Assembly (NCBI GenBank): GCA_000320545.1
Contig: ADNK01000510.1
Span: 1-64,000 of the forward strand
Length of the DNA: 64,000 bases
From: Bigelowiella natans CCMP2755
Taxonomy: Eukaryota; Protista; Cercozoa
Direction of reading: 5' to 3'
Shown here: in pieces, positions 9,810 through 23,976 of the stretch
Numbering within the stretch: the first letter of the stretch is position 1
How the letters are laid out: the number at the start of each line of letters is the position of its first letter
Program-made: the position numbers and the translations under genes
Notes under the pieces: model-generated
Databases searched by the model: none
What the model was told of the DNA's origin: nothing
Seen by the model: only the letters and a program-made list of their open reading frames with translations

Positions 9810-10151
9810 CGCGCGTGTGCGTGTGTTATTTTATATGTATATTTATATACATTTTACGTGATATACATTTTACGCGCGTTTGTACATGCGTGTGAAATAC
9901 AAAAGAGCAGCTTATTTCTAAATGGAACGGTTTATATACTGATGCCTTGTTATCATCGTTAATAGAATCGATTTTCGCATATTGGGGACACACTTGTATT
10001 TCCGCTGAGGTCACATCATCGTGTTTGTTGTTTTGTCTGTTACTACTTACCACTACTACTACTACGACGACGACTACTACTACTGCTACCACTACTCTGC
10101 TGATAATAATAATAATAATGTTCATATGTTGTTGTGGTAATGGGAATCTTT

Positions 10152-10186
<35 letters not shown>

Positions 10187-10763
10187 TATCATCAATTTTT
10201 TTCGTTCCCCCTCAATCGCTGGACAGAGCTCTTGCTGTGGGGAGTGGGGGCTATAAACTGGATTCAAAGAAGCACTCTCACCTCGACCAATACGTGCTGC
10301 ATGGTTTCGCTGGCAGCTGGACAAAGCCCAAAGATAGGCCATGGGCGAGGGTCGTCCTTGACCACACATTTCCATTTTTCTTGCCTCTATCGTTAGGTGG
10401 TGGTGGAGTTGGTGGTGGTGAGAGGGGTATTGCGTGTAGTCGTTTAGTGGGGGGGGCAAGAAAGATGAGAGAGAAGAGATACGTATTGTTGGCGTTCGAA
10501 TGATGTTGTCGCGGCTTTCTCTTCTTCTTCTTCTTCTTCTTCTTCTTATCATCATCATCATCATCATCATCATTCCCAGGACATTCAAGGAAGAGCGTGG
10601 TCATCGAGAGGTGTTGGTGGGGGGGGGTCACGAAAGAATCCGCATAGGGCAGCAGGGTGCTACCCAACTGCCTCGCTCACTATTGCATGCCAGAATGGTG
10701 AATCTCCTGGCAAGGAGTCTTCTGTTAACCTCTTCGACCAAAGTAGTAATAATCATAACGTAG

Positions 10764-10795
<32 letters not shown>

Positions 10796-11041
10796 AGAGG
10801 AAATATTTGAAGGTATTCTCTGAGCATCGTTCGGACGATGTTGATTTTGCTGTTGTTTTTGTTATGATTAATGAGGATGATTAGAATGATAGAGCCAATT
10901 GTTGGTGTGTGCTCACTTACACACTCACACTCACTGATGGTGTTTTCTCCTCCTCCTCCTCCTCCTCCTCCCCAACACAGGTGTGAATACGAAATGGCTG
11001 CAATGGGCGACATGGCAACGTCCATCGTTGTCCTCCTCCAT

Positions 11042-11073
<32 letters not shown>

Positions 11074-11582
11074 CTTTCCAACTCTCACATCCTGGGGCCA
11101 TGATGCAGCAGTTGCAAGGAATGAGCAATACGACGTTGAATACACCCTCTCCCCCGGTGTCTGTTTTTTATCGGTATTACGATGTGCTGTCTGTCGTTCC
11201 CCCGCTGGTGTATTCAATTCGTCGTGGATAATGTACATGGTTTCATGTTATCTGCGAAGTCTCATTTCTGTCCTGGTCGTGTGTCACGAGAAACACACTC
11301 TCACGTTATTAATTAGCAAAAAGGACTCTTTTCTCGTGGCGGAATTTCTTTATTTTGCGCAATTCTGATAGAAGAAGAAGAAGGAGGAGGAGGAGTAAAT
11401 GATGTTGATGATGATATCCAGATTCCCTATTCCATTCATGCTGCAAAACTACACGCTGATAACGGGGAACGATGCCCCCGAGCGAGACCCTAGCGACTGG
11501 GTGACGGATAGAACCACAAAAGGCTATAGGAGGAGGGGAGGCGTGGAAGGACCAGATGATACCATGATCATTATTTAAAACA

Positions 11583-11620
<38 letters not shown>

Positions 11621-14349
11621 AATATAAATATATATATATATATATATATATTTCTCTCCTCTCTCCTATTCCAGATTCGTTCTCTTGAAAGAGAATCTAA
11701 TCGTCGGCCCTCCTTTCATTCTCTCTCTCTCTCCCTCCCTCTCTCTCTCTCTCTCTCTCTTTTGGATGATACCTCCTCCTCTTTCTTCTTCTTCTCTCAC
11801 TCCACTGCCATATTACTATTCATAACCATGATCGATGATCATCATGATCATTATCATCATCATCATCATTATCTATATTTAGGACATTTGGGGCACCCAT
11901 GACAACGTCACCTATTGGCTGCTTGATTCACGCCGCAACATGACCAAAAAAGGCCAGGGTGATGCTTGATTACTCTTTGGAGGATGATCTGAGATGGGAG
12001 GAGAGGAAAATGTGCATAAGGAATAATAAAATACAATCTCATAATATTTTTCTTATTTTTCTTGGTTATTGTGATGTTCGTTGAGATATCTAAACACTCG
12101 TCGTTCTCATGTTGAAGGCCTTGGAGCTCGAAAGGCTGAGATCATGCTCAGATTTGAATCTGGGGCGGCAGCTGACCATTTGAATTATAACTTCTCGTCT
12201 ATCAGGTGTGTTTGTATGTGTGTGTGTGTGTGTGTGTTTGAGAACGCGAAACGGTATATCAAAGAAATGGATTTCTCCATATCGCTTTTGCTGCTGATGA
12301 CAACCCTACTGGTGTGATTGATAGGCTTGACATATGGAATGTCTCAAACCCGGTCAAGGTATAATGATGATGATGACGACGATGATGATGACGAAAACGA
12401 TGATGATGAAAAATCGCATTCCAGAGAAACGAAAAAATAGGAGAAGAAGAAGAAAAATGGAGGACGCGATGGGATAGTAGAGCAGCAGCAATATTTGTTG
12501 TCAAGTGTGACCTAGTATTCTGTGTAACAAGCGTACGGATCGCTAAAGAACAATTTTGTAGGCGAATTGCGTGCAACTTACGATGTTGAAACTTCACAAT
12601 CACCCTCCTCTTCCACCGGTACTCCGACACCTTCATGAGATTACACAAAGTCACATATAAATATATACAAAACACATATTGGGGAGAGGAGAGAGACTGG
12701 GAAGAGAGAAGAGTGCAAAATATGGCAGAAATGGAGTAATTTCTCTCACTCAATTTCCGCAAATACGACCAAAAAAGAAAATGGCATTGATTTTTGTCAA
12801 GATGTGCTATGCATCTAAGCGTTAGACTCACATTGTCTTCAGCTCATATTTTGTTATTATTCGATAGTACTTTTTGACGACGACTTTGTAGGCGTATTCA
12901 CACTCATCATCATCACTCCCTTATCCCTTGCTGCCTTGTTACTTATCATCGCGAAAACAAAACACGTACAAAGCCGGCCCCTACCTGCATGGGATCTCCT
13001 TTTTCTTGGAGCCAAACCAAGGTATGTTCGGCGAAGGACACGTTTCTCGACAAGGTAGTATCATCATCATCAGATCAGGATCTTTTCCTTCTTCTTCCTC
13101 CTCCTCCTCTTTCTCCCCCCCTTCCCCTTTGATGAATCGTCATTTTCCAGGAGTCCCCAGCCATGGGTGTGGATGGTAGATCCGAAACGAAGTGGTTTAA
13201 TAAGTGGGATAGCGATGCATCAGCCAATCCTTTCTTGCTGATTCAGAGATCACCTTTCTTCAACCTTACACGTCTTCTTCTTTCAAGAGACCCTCCACTC
13301 CTACCACAGCTAGGAGGAGGAGGAGCGAGGAGGAGGAGGAGGAGGAGTAGCAGAAGGAAATGTAGCAGCGAAGGACGATGATGGCAGCAGCAATGTCAAG
13401 AAGAAGGGGAATCTCTTACGACGATCCATCGATCTCATGTCCGTTATTGTAGTATTTATTATTGTTGTTGTTATTGTTGTTGTTGCTATTGCAGTTGCGA
13501 TCACATATAATCTCAATCCACACACTTTCCTTCGTCTTCCTCTTCCTCCTGACAAGTGAACGAGACGCCTTCGTCTGTGTGCTTGTGCGCATGGCGTGCT
13601 CTTATTACCGTGCGGCTGTTGTAATACATGCAAAGGTACACAATCGTAACTGCGGATGACGTTCCAGCAAGGGATCCCGTAAGTTGGAACCTCTACTACC
13701 TCTCATCATCTGATAGCAACCACGATCATCATGATCATAGCAGTACTGCCGCACAGCCTCCACCATCGCACATCGATGCCAGGTGGACTTTGATCGATTC
13801 CAGGCGGAACATGTCCGAATTTCTCACGAAACGGAGGCAGGAGGCCGTGGAGTTTTCCATAAGATTCCCTGATGATGATGATGATGCTGCTGCTGCTGGC
13901 ACAAATGAAAAGGAGAAAAGGGCGTTGAAACTGATGCAGAGAATGATTGAGAGCCCCTCCTCCGCTTGGATTAAGTTTGAAGTTGTGGAAGTGAGAGATC
14001 CAAACAAAGGCCAGTGCCCGCGGAACGTGTGGCGATGCACGCAGATAGCAGAGTTCTACCTTACACCAAGGATTGTGACGCCGGGAGGAGGGGGAGGGGA
14101 AGAAAGGGTAAATATTACCGCCAACACGATTCACGTGGATAATGGCGCTCATCTAATTTCGAATATTAGCGGTAGTGGACATATAAGCAGAACTACTACT
14201 ACTACTACTGGTAACAGTAACAATAGTAGTAGCAGCAGTAGTTTCGATAGAAGTAGTAATAGTAGTAGTAGAAGTAGTAGTAGTAGTAGTGCAATTAAAA
14301 ATAAAAGTGATAAAGGTAAAGAGAATGAGGCCTCCTCCTCCTCCTCCTC

Positions 14350-14382
<33 letters not shown>

Positions 14383-15631
14383 TCCTCCTCGACGTAAATG
14401 GTGGGAGCTGTTGGAAGAGAACAATCTCTTCGGCCACGCCCCTACAGGCATCCTTTTGTCCTCATCATCATCATCACCAGCAATGACGTCAGAGATGGCA
14501 GCAGCAGGTGGAGGCGGAGGAGGAAAAGCCTCTCCGACATCAATGCCTCACGGCGCCGCCGTTATTCCTCAAATTCTGCACCAGAGCTGGAAGACGACGA
14601 AAATCCCGGCTAAGCTGCGCGAGTTTGTGAGCTCATGGCACCGTTATCACCCCACATGGGAGTACCGATTCTGGACGGATGCGGATTGCCGTGAGCTAGT
14701 GCGCCTTGCCGAGCCTTCGTTCATGGCCACATACGAGGCCTACAAAGACCCCATCCTGCGTGCAGATGCTTCGCGCTACTTAATCATGCAGGTGTTCGGG
14801 GGAGTGTATGCGGACCTTGATTTCGAGGCGCTCCGAGACATTAGCTCTCTTCTCGCCAACAAAGCACTGCTGTTTGGCCAGGAGCCGTTTGCCCATGTGC
14901 ATGCGGTATACAAGATCTCGAGGATGGTGTGCAACGCCTTCATCGCCTCCACGCCGAATCACCCCTTTTGGAATATCATGTTTTCAGAGCTGCGACTGAG
15001 AGCAAACAACAGTGACGTTCAGGGCATCAGCGCAACAGGACCTAGAGCATTAGAGGCTGCGGTGGTGACGTACGAACAACAACAACAACAACAAGATATT
15101 CCTTCGGGAGTTGTTCCTAAGAATGGAATTACGATAACGAATCCTTCCGTTCTATACCCTCTGTTTGATCCTGCGAATCGTGAGATAAAGAAGGAGTGCG
15201 AGAAATTGTTTCAAACGACGACCTCTCCCACTCGCTCTCCTTCTTCTCCAGCGTCATCATCATCGTCGTCGTCGTCCACGCACCCGCCGCTAATGGTAGG
15301 AAAAAGGAGGAAGGAAATCGACGCGGAAGGTGAGATGGTGAAGATGGGGCGACTGCAACTGGAGGAGTGCTTACGGCTCCAAAAAATGAAATATGAAAAT
15401 TCTCCTCTCAACCCGAATATATCGTATGCAGCGCACCACTGGGTACACACATGGTTCGGAAGCTACTATGGCGGCTCTCAAGACACCGATGCGTACGACC
15501 TCGCACGAGAGATCAAGGCTAAATATATGCCTTACGGAAATGAAACTACAGGGTTAAAACTGCACACAATCGACAACGCTGTTCTGCAAGAGATTATTGC
15601 GAAGAATAATCGATTACCGGGTGATTTTTAG
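7843..15631 (+). CDS. Multi-exon glycosyltransferase: N-terminal GT32 (Och1-like), two discoidin/F5-8-like modules, C-terminal GT32 (SUR1/Csh1-like); 5' end uncertain
   Basis: Exons encode IPKIVHQTWK, SWKEKNPNY, KADLLRYMVLYDEGG, VYGDIDTECLR, TGPAIWSD and HGFAGSW. These are followed by NTKWL..YTLITGNDAPERDPSDW and TKWF..YTIVTADDVPARDPVSW. The terminal exon encodes IPQILHQSWK, RADASRYLIMQVFGGVYADLD, TGPRAL and HHWVHTW. GT-AG boundaries flank most exons. Confidence 0.75.
9741..9825. repeat. Compound intronic microsatellite (TA)n(TG)n(CG)n; representative of many (CA)n, (CT)n, (CAT)n and (TAG)n tracts in introns
   Basis: Directly visible. Confidence 0.95.
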
Positions 15632-15923
15632 GACCCCTTGCTCGGAACTATTGACTGGTGCTACATTACACATTTATTACTTTTAACATTATTAAAATGG
15701 AAGAATTAAAAAACAATAATAATCAATAATCATCGCGTGTTCGTAGCGACACAGATAAACTTAGGCTTTATGCCAATTCACCACGCATTCCTTCGAGCAA
15801 GAATTACGCTTTATTGCATAGCATTCGTATATACATTAATAATGCTGCATACATGGCTGTCGCTAACGCGCAGATATGTAACAAAAACCAGCTTCGATGC
15901 TGCACCCGCCATGATTCACAACA

Positions 15924-15960
<37 letters not shown>

Positions 15961-16236
15961 GAACGTACAGCACATGCAATAAGTGTTCGACTAGTATCTC
16001 TAGATCAACTCTCTCAGTATAGCGATGTGATGGCCATGTAGGCTACTAAATATGAGAACAACCACATGCTAACCGAAATGCACCAGTACAATGCAAAAAT
16101 CAGTCCATCTATATCGTACATAGGCTTTAGAGGCTTTGTGTAATAGATTCATGTTATGAAAACGTTTTTAAGTATTGAAATTAAAGGAGATGCTCGCTCG
16201 TAGAATCATCCTCATGCTAACGGGGATAAATCCTTC

Positions 16237-16905
16237 TCAACCGACGTGGCTATCAGTCAGCGAAGGGGCGGAAATTGAGCCTGCAGGAGAGCATAACGTA
16301 CAACAACAGTACATACACGAACAGGCATGAGATGGCTTGCTGCACAATTGTTGGTTTGTTATCGGGCTATCCTTCTTTCGACAACATGACCTGACTTCGT
16401 CACCAAAGGCACTCCGTTGAAAGTTGCAACTCCGTCTGCGATAAATCAGTGAGAGAGGAGCGTGACATGATATTTAGATATAATTGTGCAGAAACAACAT
16501 CAAGAATAGTTTGTTGCTGCGATTATTAAGCATCTCCCTCGCTTTTTGTCGTTATTAACATTGATATCATCATTGCAGGACAACCAGAACTTGTCCTCAT
16601 GAATGGGGCCACCGACCGCCAAACCGAATTTCCTGCAATCATATCGATCAATTAGGTGTGAAGCCATATTACAATCGGCTAATAACTCAGCCATTGATAG
16701 AGATATTCGCGAGGCGAAATGATGAATCGTTGTTTATGTGCATTGTCACGAAGAAAAGATAATGCAACAGTGTCGTTGTTCAGAATGAATCCATCTCGTT
16801 CCAAGAATGACCTTTTTTCTTTGCGTTTGCTGGAGGCGTATCACTGCAGTCGAACGTATCTAACGAGACTCGTTCCTGAGACAAGGGAAAGGTGATACGA
16901 TAAGG

Positions 16906-16948
<43 letters not shown>

Positions 16949-17189
16949 TTTTTCTTATATCAATACCCCGATCTCACTTCCCTCTGGTGGTACCAGCAGC
17001 TCGACTTATGGTAAACACAGATGTTTCAAATATCAACACAAACACAACGTAAGGAAAGATCAAAATCAAGTATAGAGCCAGTCATCATATGAGGGAGATG
17101 TCGTTCGTCACTTCTATATCATCATCATCATCATCATTACCTTCGACTAAAATGACTAGCATCATCTAAAAATATAGTACTAATACTGC

Positions 17190-17220
<31 letters not shown>

Positions 17221-18951
17221 GGCTTACCTTTGTCATGTGCGTCATTCGATGCTGCAAGTACCATTCCTGAGCTCTCCATACCTGCAAAGGGATGGATAGC
17301 CATGATAATGATAAGGTTGATGCTAAGGAGGATCTACTTGTACTTAACGATCAGTTGTAAGTTGTTTGTGATGATAATACAGTAATAATTGCTCTCTCTT
17401 CCCACAACAAACGTTGATGGTAACAAAGTAATAAACACACAAGCTCTATAACAAATTAAACCGGATCGTCGATGTCTTTTAAAGCATACTGTACACGCTA
17501 TATGTCCAACTACAATTTCGTTACATCTAGTACTCACTCTTCACCCCCACCACCACCACTTTGATTCTTAAATTGAATCAATTCATATCGGTCTGCTGTC
17601 TTCTCTCAGATGGTAAAGAGATTCATGATCAATAGATGAATGACCTCTCAGCTTCGATTTCTTCAAATTGGCAACGACGACCACCACTATTATTCGCAAT
17701 GATTAGGGGTAAAGGACAAGAAGCGAGCGTCTTCGTCATTATCACCACCTCAGTTACACTCAGACAAATATGTCTAGAAAGCCAGCATGATGATAGCATA
17801 TTGTGACAAAATGAAACGGTATTCATTGCTGCTACGTGATTGACTTCTGGACGTTACTTCTGTCTTGCATCTCCTCCTCAGAGTAGAATTCCCTCAATCC
17901 GCTCAATATTTGTCTGGGCTCCTGTATAGAAAGTTGAAAGAAATCAATACCGTTAGCATATGCAACCATTATCAACATTCTCCTAGCATACGTGTACCTC
18001 CTCGCCTAGATCAATCTTTTCGCACCATAACTTGTCTGCCTCAGGATGTGGCCACACCTGTGTATGACAACGGCATTGAAAATATTGAAGAAGAGAAGAA
18101 TATGGTTTTTGTTCATGTATTGTAAAGGCGAGAAGAATATGGTTTTTATTCATGTGTTGCAAAGGTGTATTATGATTTTAATCTTCAAAAGTCATTCCGA
18201 ATCCAAGAGCAACATTATATTGCTATTGATCGATGAGTCGACTACCTCTACGATCTTTCCGACTCTCAATTCTGACTTTGCAAACTCTTCTGGGGTTGGT
18301 GGTTGAGGAGGCTGCTCAAGACATAAAAAAGAGAGATGATTATTGATAACAGCAATAGTACCAGTCTTACATGTCTCACGCTACGTGTTCTGCAGATATA
18401 GATGTATACACCTCTTCTGGCTCGTCCTTTTTCTCGGATCCTGCTGCAGGAGCTGCAGCTTCTACATTTTCGCTATTTTCAGTACTGTACGCTTCCCATC
18501 CTCGCCTAGACAGACGGTCATTTAATTAAAATATGCTCGAGTCGGTTGGCCATTTAAATTAACACATGCTCAAGTCGGTTTGCAAACAGTCTACCTTTTA
18601 AGTAGCTGAGGCAGGATCAGATTGCCATGCAACTTGTTAACACAAATAAGACTGAGTCCAATTTTAACATAGAAGATGATTCGTGAAACAGATTTCCTTC
18701 TTAAATCTGAAGCCTCGCGCTTGCTTGAGGTAAAAATGATTGGAGCTCAGAAGGTACCGTACCTTGGTCGAGAATGTAGCGGGACAGCGAGCCCTCCGAG
18801 CCCCCAGTACCATCGTTCTAGGTTGAATAACTCGTGGAGCGAGGCGAATATTGTAGCTTTTACGAGTAGTAAAGGAGCTTAAGACTATCATGGTGATGAC
18901 TAAGGCGGCCGCAAGAAGCAGGACACGAGGCAACGTGGTGTTCGACCGCAT
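16237..18951 (-). CDS. tRNA-binding OB-fold protein (EMAP II/Arc1p/MetRS C-terminal-like) with a bipartite plastid-type leader; multi-exon
   Basis: Leader MRSNTTLPRVLLLAAALVITMIVLSSF followed by an Arg-rich peptide. Spliced exons give EFAKSELRVGKIVE / VWPHPEADKLWCEKIDLGEE / EPRQILSGLREFY / GMESSGMVLAASN / VELLVPPEG / DGVATFNGVPL / ...DSHVG-stop. Confidence 0.8.
18093..18165. repeat. Imperfect 36-bp tandem duplication (period 37) in an intron
   Basis: 18093-18128 and 18130-18165 differ at 3 positions. Confidence 0.9.
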
Positions 18952-19830
18952 TGTTGTATTCAGATGACGCTGGTAAAAATACAGACGATTGTTTCCCTGC
19001 GACAACCAAATCAGTGCGCTACTTCGAATGAAAGGAGATGGTATTCTATTGGCTTGGAATCCAGAAGTTCTCCCGATGAATAATGACAATAAAGGCAGTA
19101 CGCTTGGGAAGTCGATTGGTTGCAGCGAGCAGGTCAACGTCTTTTACTTTTTTATGTCGCGAGACAGAATTTGCCATGGGCTGGTTTTTATTGTGTAGGT
19201 ACCATAGGATTTGATGCAATTTATGCCCCTACGACTTAGGACAAAAGCCATATTAGGCTATTACGCTAGGAATATCGTGTCTTCCTCATAACCCATTGAA
19301 ACTCCAACGAGGAAGTCCATCGACGGAAAAAATATTACTGCACGGATTTCTGGTCTTTTTGTTTTAAAATCAAAATTACGATATGTCGCAGTCAAAGAAT
19401 AAAGGCTTTATTATTTCAATTTTGCACAATTCGAGGAAAAACATGCTGAAATCTGCAAAAATCGAAGAGGCGCAATGAGCGTAAATCTCCCCCCCTCACA
19501 TTTTGATAAGTCACCCTTTCTTCCGAGCAACGTGCGATACACCCTTCTGGATATGGTTTTTATGGGATGGATTACACTTTTCGCACTCATGATTTCTTGC
19601 CCGAATAACTGATAAAAGAAGCGTGAAAAATAATTCTAACCTGTTCTGATTTAGGAAAAGAAAAAGGCCTTCTTGGCAAACTTAAATGCAAGGTTTGCTA
19701 AACTCGGAGCATGTTGCAATAGAATATTTCAATTAGGCGGGCGGGGGGCTAGAAATTTGGTTCTCCACCAGTTTTGAATCTGTATTGAGTATGCAGTACA
19801 TATACATATGTATATTGTGTATGAGTGAGT

Positions 19831-19870
<40 letters not shown>

Positions 19871-19887
19871 TATTTATTTATTTATAT

Positions 19888-21564
19888 ATGATGGGTTATA
19901 GGTTCAAGAAAGGCCCGCCTTCAGCACCGACAAGAAAGCCTATAGGCTCAGTCGACTCTGAGGGTGAGATACCTCTCCCGCCCGAACAACAACAAAGAAA
20001 GCATTTGTTATCATTATCCCTTCTAGACCCTCAACATACACTCTGCCAACACAAGCACATGTCACCACAATCACATGTATTACCTTCAGTAAAGCGTAAT
20101 GTTGCCCTATCTACATGTCGTAGCCATCACAATCATCATCATCATCATCATCAATCATCACCATCATCAGGATCCACCTCCTCCGCCCCGGGACCCCCAA
20201 AACCACCATCCCGCCGTGGAATGGGCTCTAGTGGTGGTAGTGGTGCTGAGCCGGGACTCCCCTCAACATCATTCCGTCGAGCACATGCAACACCGCTAGC
20301 AGCACCAGCGGGTGGTCCTCGTCCTCCTGGCCCGCCACCGCCAAGAACAGCCTCTTCCATTAAAACATCGTCAGTAGAATCACTCACTCCTCCGAGGCAC
20401 GGAGTCCCCCCCCCTGCCCCTCCTCAACGATCTCGACCTCCCCCTGCTCCTCATGTCCGTAAGCCTCCCCAAAGAAATGCGGGCGTGGGAACTGGGGCGT
20501 CACAGCCACCACCAAAGATGGAAGCTGAGAAGAAGAAAAAGAAGAAACTTCTCATTATGGAGGGCTTTATGCAGAAGAAAAGTAGTGCATATTAACGGCT
20601 AGATCTATGTTAACTGAAGAATATTTGTACGGGAGTTCGAAATTTACGTATTTCCTGGGTTTCTTGATGTTGTAACCAGCATCGGTACAGCCTCCCCTTT
20701 TTCTACTCTTTCTCTCTTTCTCTCCCTGTCTGTGGGGGGTTCATGTGTTTTTTTTGCCACGTACCTTTATAGAGAGCAAAACGTTTGGAACGAAATGGGA
20801 AACGCGATTATTCTCAGTCACTCGGGTCTACGATGGCGGGTATGCATGCTAGAACGTGTAACCTGACGACACGAAAAAATGTAGATAAGACGTTCAAAGT
20901 ATCATTTCCATATTTAATTTTACTATTGTTGATTACCGGTTGCAGATTCGACTTGACATATAGAAAGGCTAAAGGAGAAGAAGAACGTGGTCGCCTTCGG
21001 CTGACAAATGCGCAGGTATTTACGATAGGTACGTGGTGATAGCAGTGTGCAGATTTGATTGAAAGCGGCCAGCGGTAAATCATAATACGTCTATACTCTT
21101 ACACACGTACACACGCAGCAGCAAATACGCAATGATATGAAGATACTCTCACCCTCTCTTGTTCTCAACTCCAGATTTTCCCGCTTAAATCTATGGAAAT
21201 AGAAATCGGCACAAAAGAGCGAACGATGTTTGTCAAATGCATTGATACAGATGCACGAGATGCATGGGCACAGTCGCTCATATACCATGCAAAGCAAGAG
21301 GCAAAAGATGATGACGAGGCCCAAGTGCTCAAATCAGGCTGGCTGACGAAGACGGTGAGAGCAAAAACAAAAGCTGATGCGTTACCCGCCCTCATCATCA
21401 TTATCATCATCACCATCATCATCATCATCGTCATGTCTCCCCTTTCTCAGGGCGGCCGGAGGCGATTCTTTGTACTTTACGCTGAGGAGCGGGAAGGAAT
21501 TGGGTAGTAGTAGTAGTAGTAGTAGTAGTGTGATCATCGATACAATACTACCGATAATAATTGA

Positions 21565-21597
<33 letters not shown>

Positions 21598-23939
21598 AAT
21601 GGTGATGATGATCATTTGATCAGCCAAATCACATTTCAACCTCTGGCTAGTTGACGATATTTCTATTCTTTTGTTATATTGTCTTATCTCACCCCCTCTC
21701 CTCCTCCTCCTCCTCCTCCTCCTCCTCTTCCTCCTCCTCCTCCTTCAGCCATGTGCGCCTGGAGTATTTCAAGGCCCAACCCCCTCCCTCCCCTCCCGAC
21801 GATGTGCCGACCCAGCCTCCCTCAGGCCAATACCTCGTATGCTATCCCAACGGCTTGACCCCGATGAAGGGAGAGGGGGATAGCGGCAGCAACATTATTG
21901 CGTTTAGGGCTAAGTTGAGCGAGAAGTCAGTACGGCAAAGCATGGATGCGAAGGATGGCATTGAGCTGCAGGTAGTGTAGTGACCTCACAGGGCGGGAAG
22001 ATTGATGAGATGGTAGATACAGCATTGCAGAACTAGATTTCCCCCGCGCCACTAGAGATCAGCCCCCCCTATCTAGGGATCAGTTTTTTTGGAAGATTTT
22101 ATGAAATATTGGAAATGATGCTGCATCGAGAAGAGTTCTGTTCCATCCAGTTGTTTAGTATGGCAACGAATAATGAACAGGCGGATTCGGCCGAGGATGC
22201 TGAAAACTGGATAGGATGTATAGACCCCCCACTCGCTCTGCGATTGCAGCGAGAAAAGAAGGAACGGGAGGAGGCGGAGAAAAAGGCTCAGGCGGATGCG
22301 CGCAAGCAGAGAGAGGAGGAAGAAGCGGAAAAGAAAAGACTACAACAACAAAAAGAGAAGGAAGAGGAGAGGCTTAGAAGCGAGGCGGCAGCAGCTGAGC
22401 GAGAAAAGCGGGAGGGGGAAGATGACGAGGAGCAAGGGGTATGTTAAGTAAGATCTGCTACCACTGCTGCTGGCCCAATTAACAGAATGTTGTTGTTTCC
22501 ATAACATTGATGATTGGTGTCTTATCTTTTACTGCTATCGTTGCTATCGTGATCATCGCTGCTCCCTCGTGTTACCTCCTCTTTCTCTCCCCCCCCCCCT
22601 CTTTCTGTCTCTTTCTCTTTCTCCACAAAGAAATCTTCCGACCGTGGCATTCCTTCCAAGCAGCCATGGTCCCCCGTCGGGGTGCAGGGGGGAGGAGGCC
22701 CCGGAAATGCTCTAGCACTGGCCGCAGCCGCTGCCATGCGCAACAGGAAGATGAAGAAGAACAAACAGCAAGGGGGTGGGGAAGGAGGAGGAGGAGGAGA
22801 GCAGGAAGGTAATGCCGACAAAGCAACGCTCACAAATGGAGAGGGGGAGGCTGTGTGTGATGATAATGAACCTAGCAGTATGACGGAGGAGCAGAAGAAG
22901 AAGAAGAAGAAGAAGAATGATGATGATGGACGACAAGAAGAAGAAAAAGAAGAAGAAGAGGGGGGGGGAGAAAAGAGCGAAGAGAAATCCACTTCAACGA
23001 ATGTGGAAAAGGCGGCCGAACCTACGAAATCTAAGAAAAGACCCCCAGTATTCCGTCCTCCATCTGCAGTATCATCATCATCATCATCATCATCATCATT
23101 ATCATCAGCGGCAAGAAAGGCACCACCGCAATTTCGTCTCCCTGCCTTTCAGAAAAAGACTGCTGCTGCAAATGCTGCAAATGCTGATAATGGCGAGGAT
23201 AATAATAACGCTGCTGCATCAAAGCCGTCGCCAACAATATCATCGTCGTCGTCTCGGGAGGAGAGGGAGGAAAAGAACAAGAACACCGATAATAACACTG
23301 CGGAGCCCATAACTGATAAGCCAGAGATTGTGACGCTGACGGCTGCTGTTGGTGTTGCTGCTGGTCGTGGTGGTAATAGTAGTGATGGTGATGGCTCTAC
23401 TGCCTCTATTTCTGCTTCTGGCCCTAAGCCACCCCCCCCCCCTGTGAAGAAAAAATCGACGACGACGGCGGCGAGCACGTCCTATGATGATGAGACTGTC
23501 GCCAGGATTCAGCAGCTACAAACACTGATCGCTCGCCACACTCTGTCTTTCCAAGTAAAGCTGCGGGAGAACGAGCGGCTTAGAGAAAGCTTTAGGAATG
23601 TGCAGAAGCGTCTACTCACACTTGCAGAGTCGGCAGAGGTGCCAGTGATGAGTAGTAGTAGTTGTAGTAGTTGTAGTAGTAGTAGTAGTAGTAAAAGAGT
23701 ATAGTAATAGTAATGCTTACTGCCCCCCTCCACCTCATCCTAGTGCTTTGATGTGTCCAGAAAGTCGCAATGCATGAAGGAGAGGCGAATAACACAAGTT
23801 CAGCTGCTGCTGCTGCTATTCTGCCGGTTAATGAAAGGCTGCAGGACCTCTACGAGGAGTTAAAACATGAGAGAATTTACTATCAAGGAGAGGTAGATCC
23901 TGGTACTACTCTACCATCTAGAAGCATCCCCTGAGATCA

Positions 23940-23976
<37 letters not shown>

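Noticed and set aside
9826-11368. Poly-Met/Ile/His/Thr ORFs
   Set aside because: These are translations of intronic trinucleotide microsatellites.
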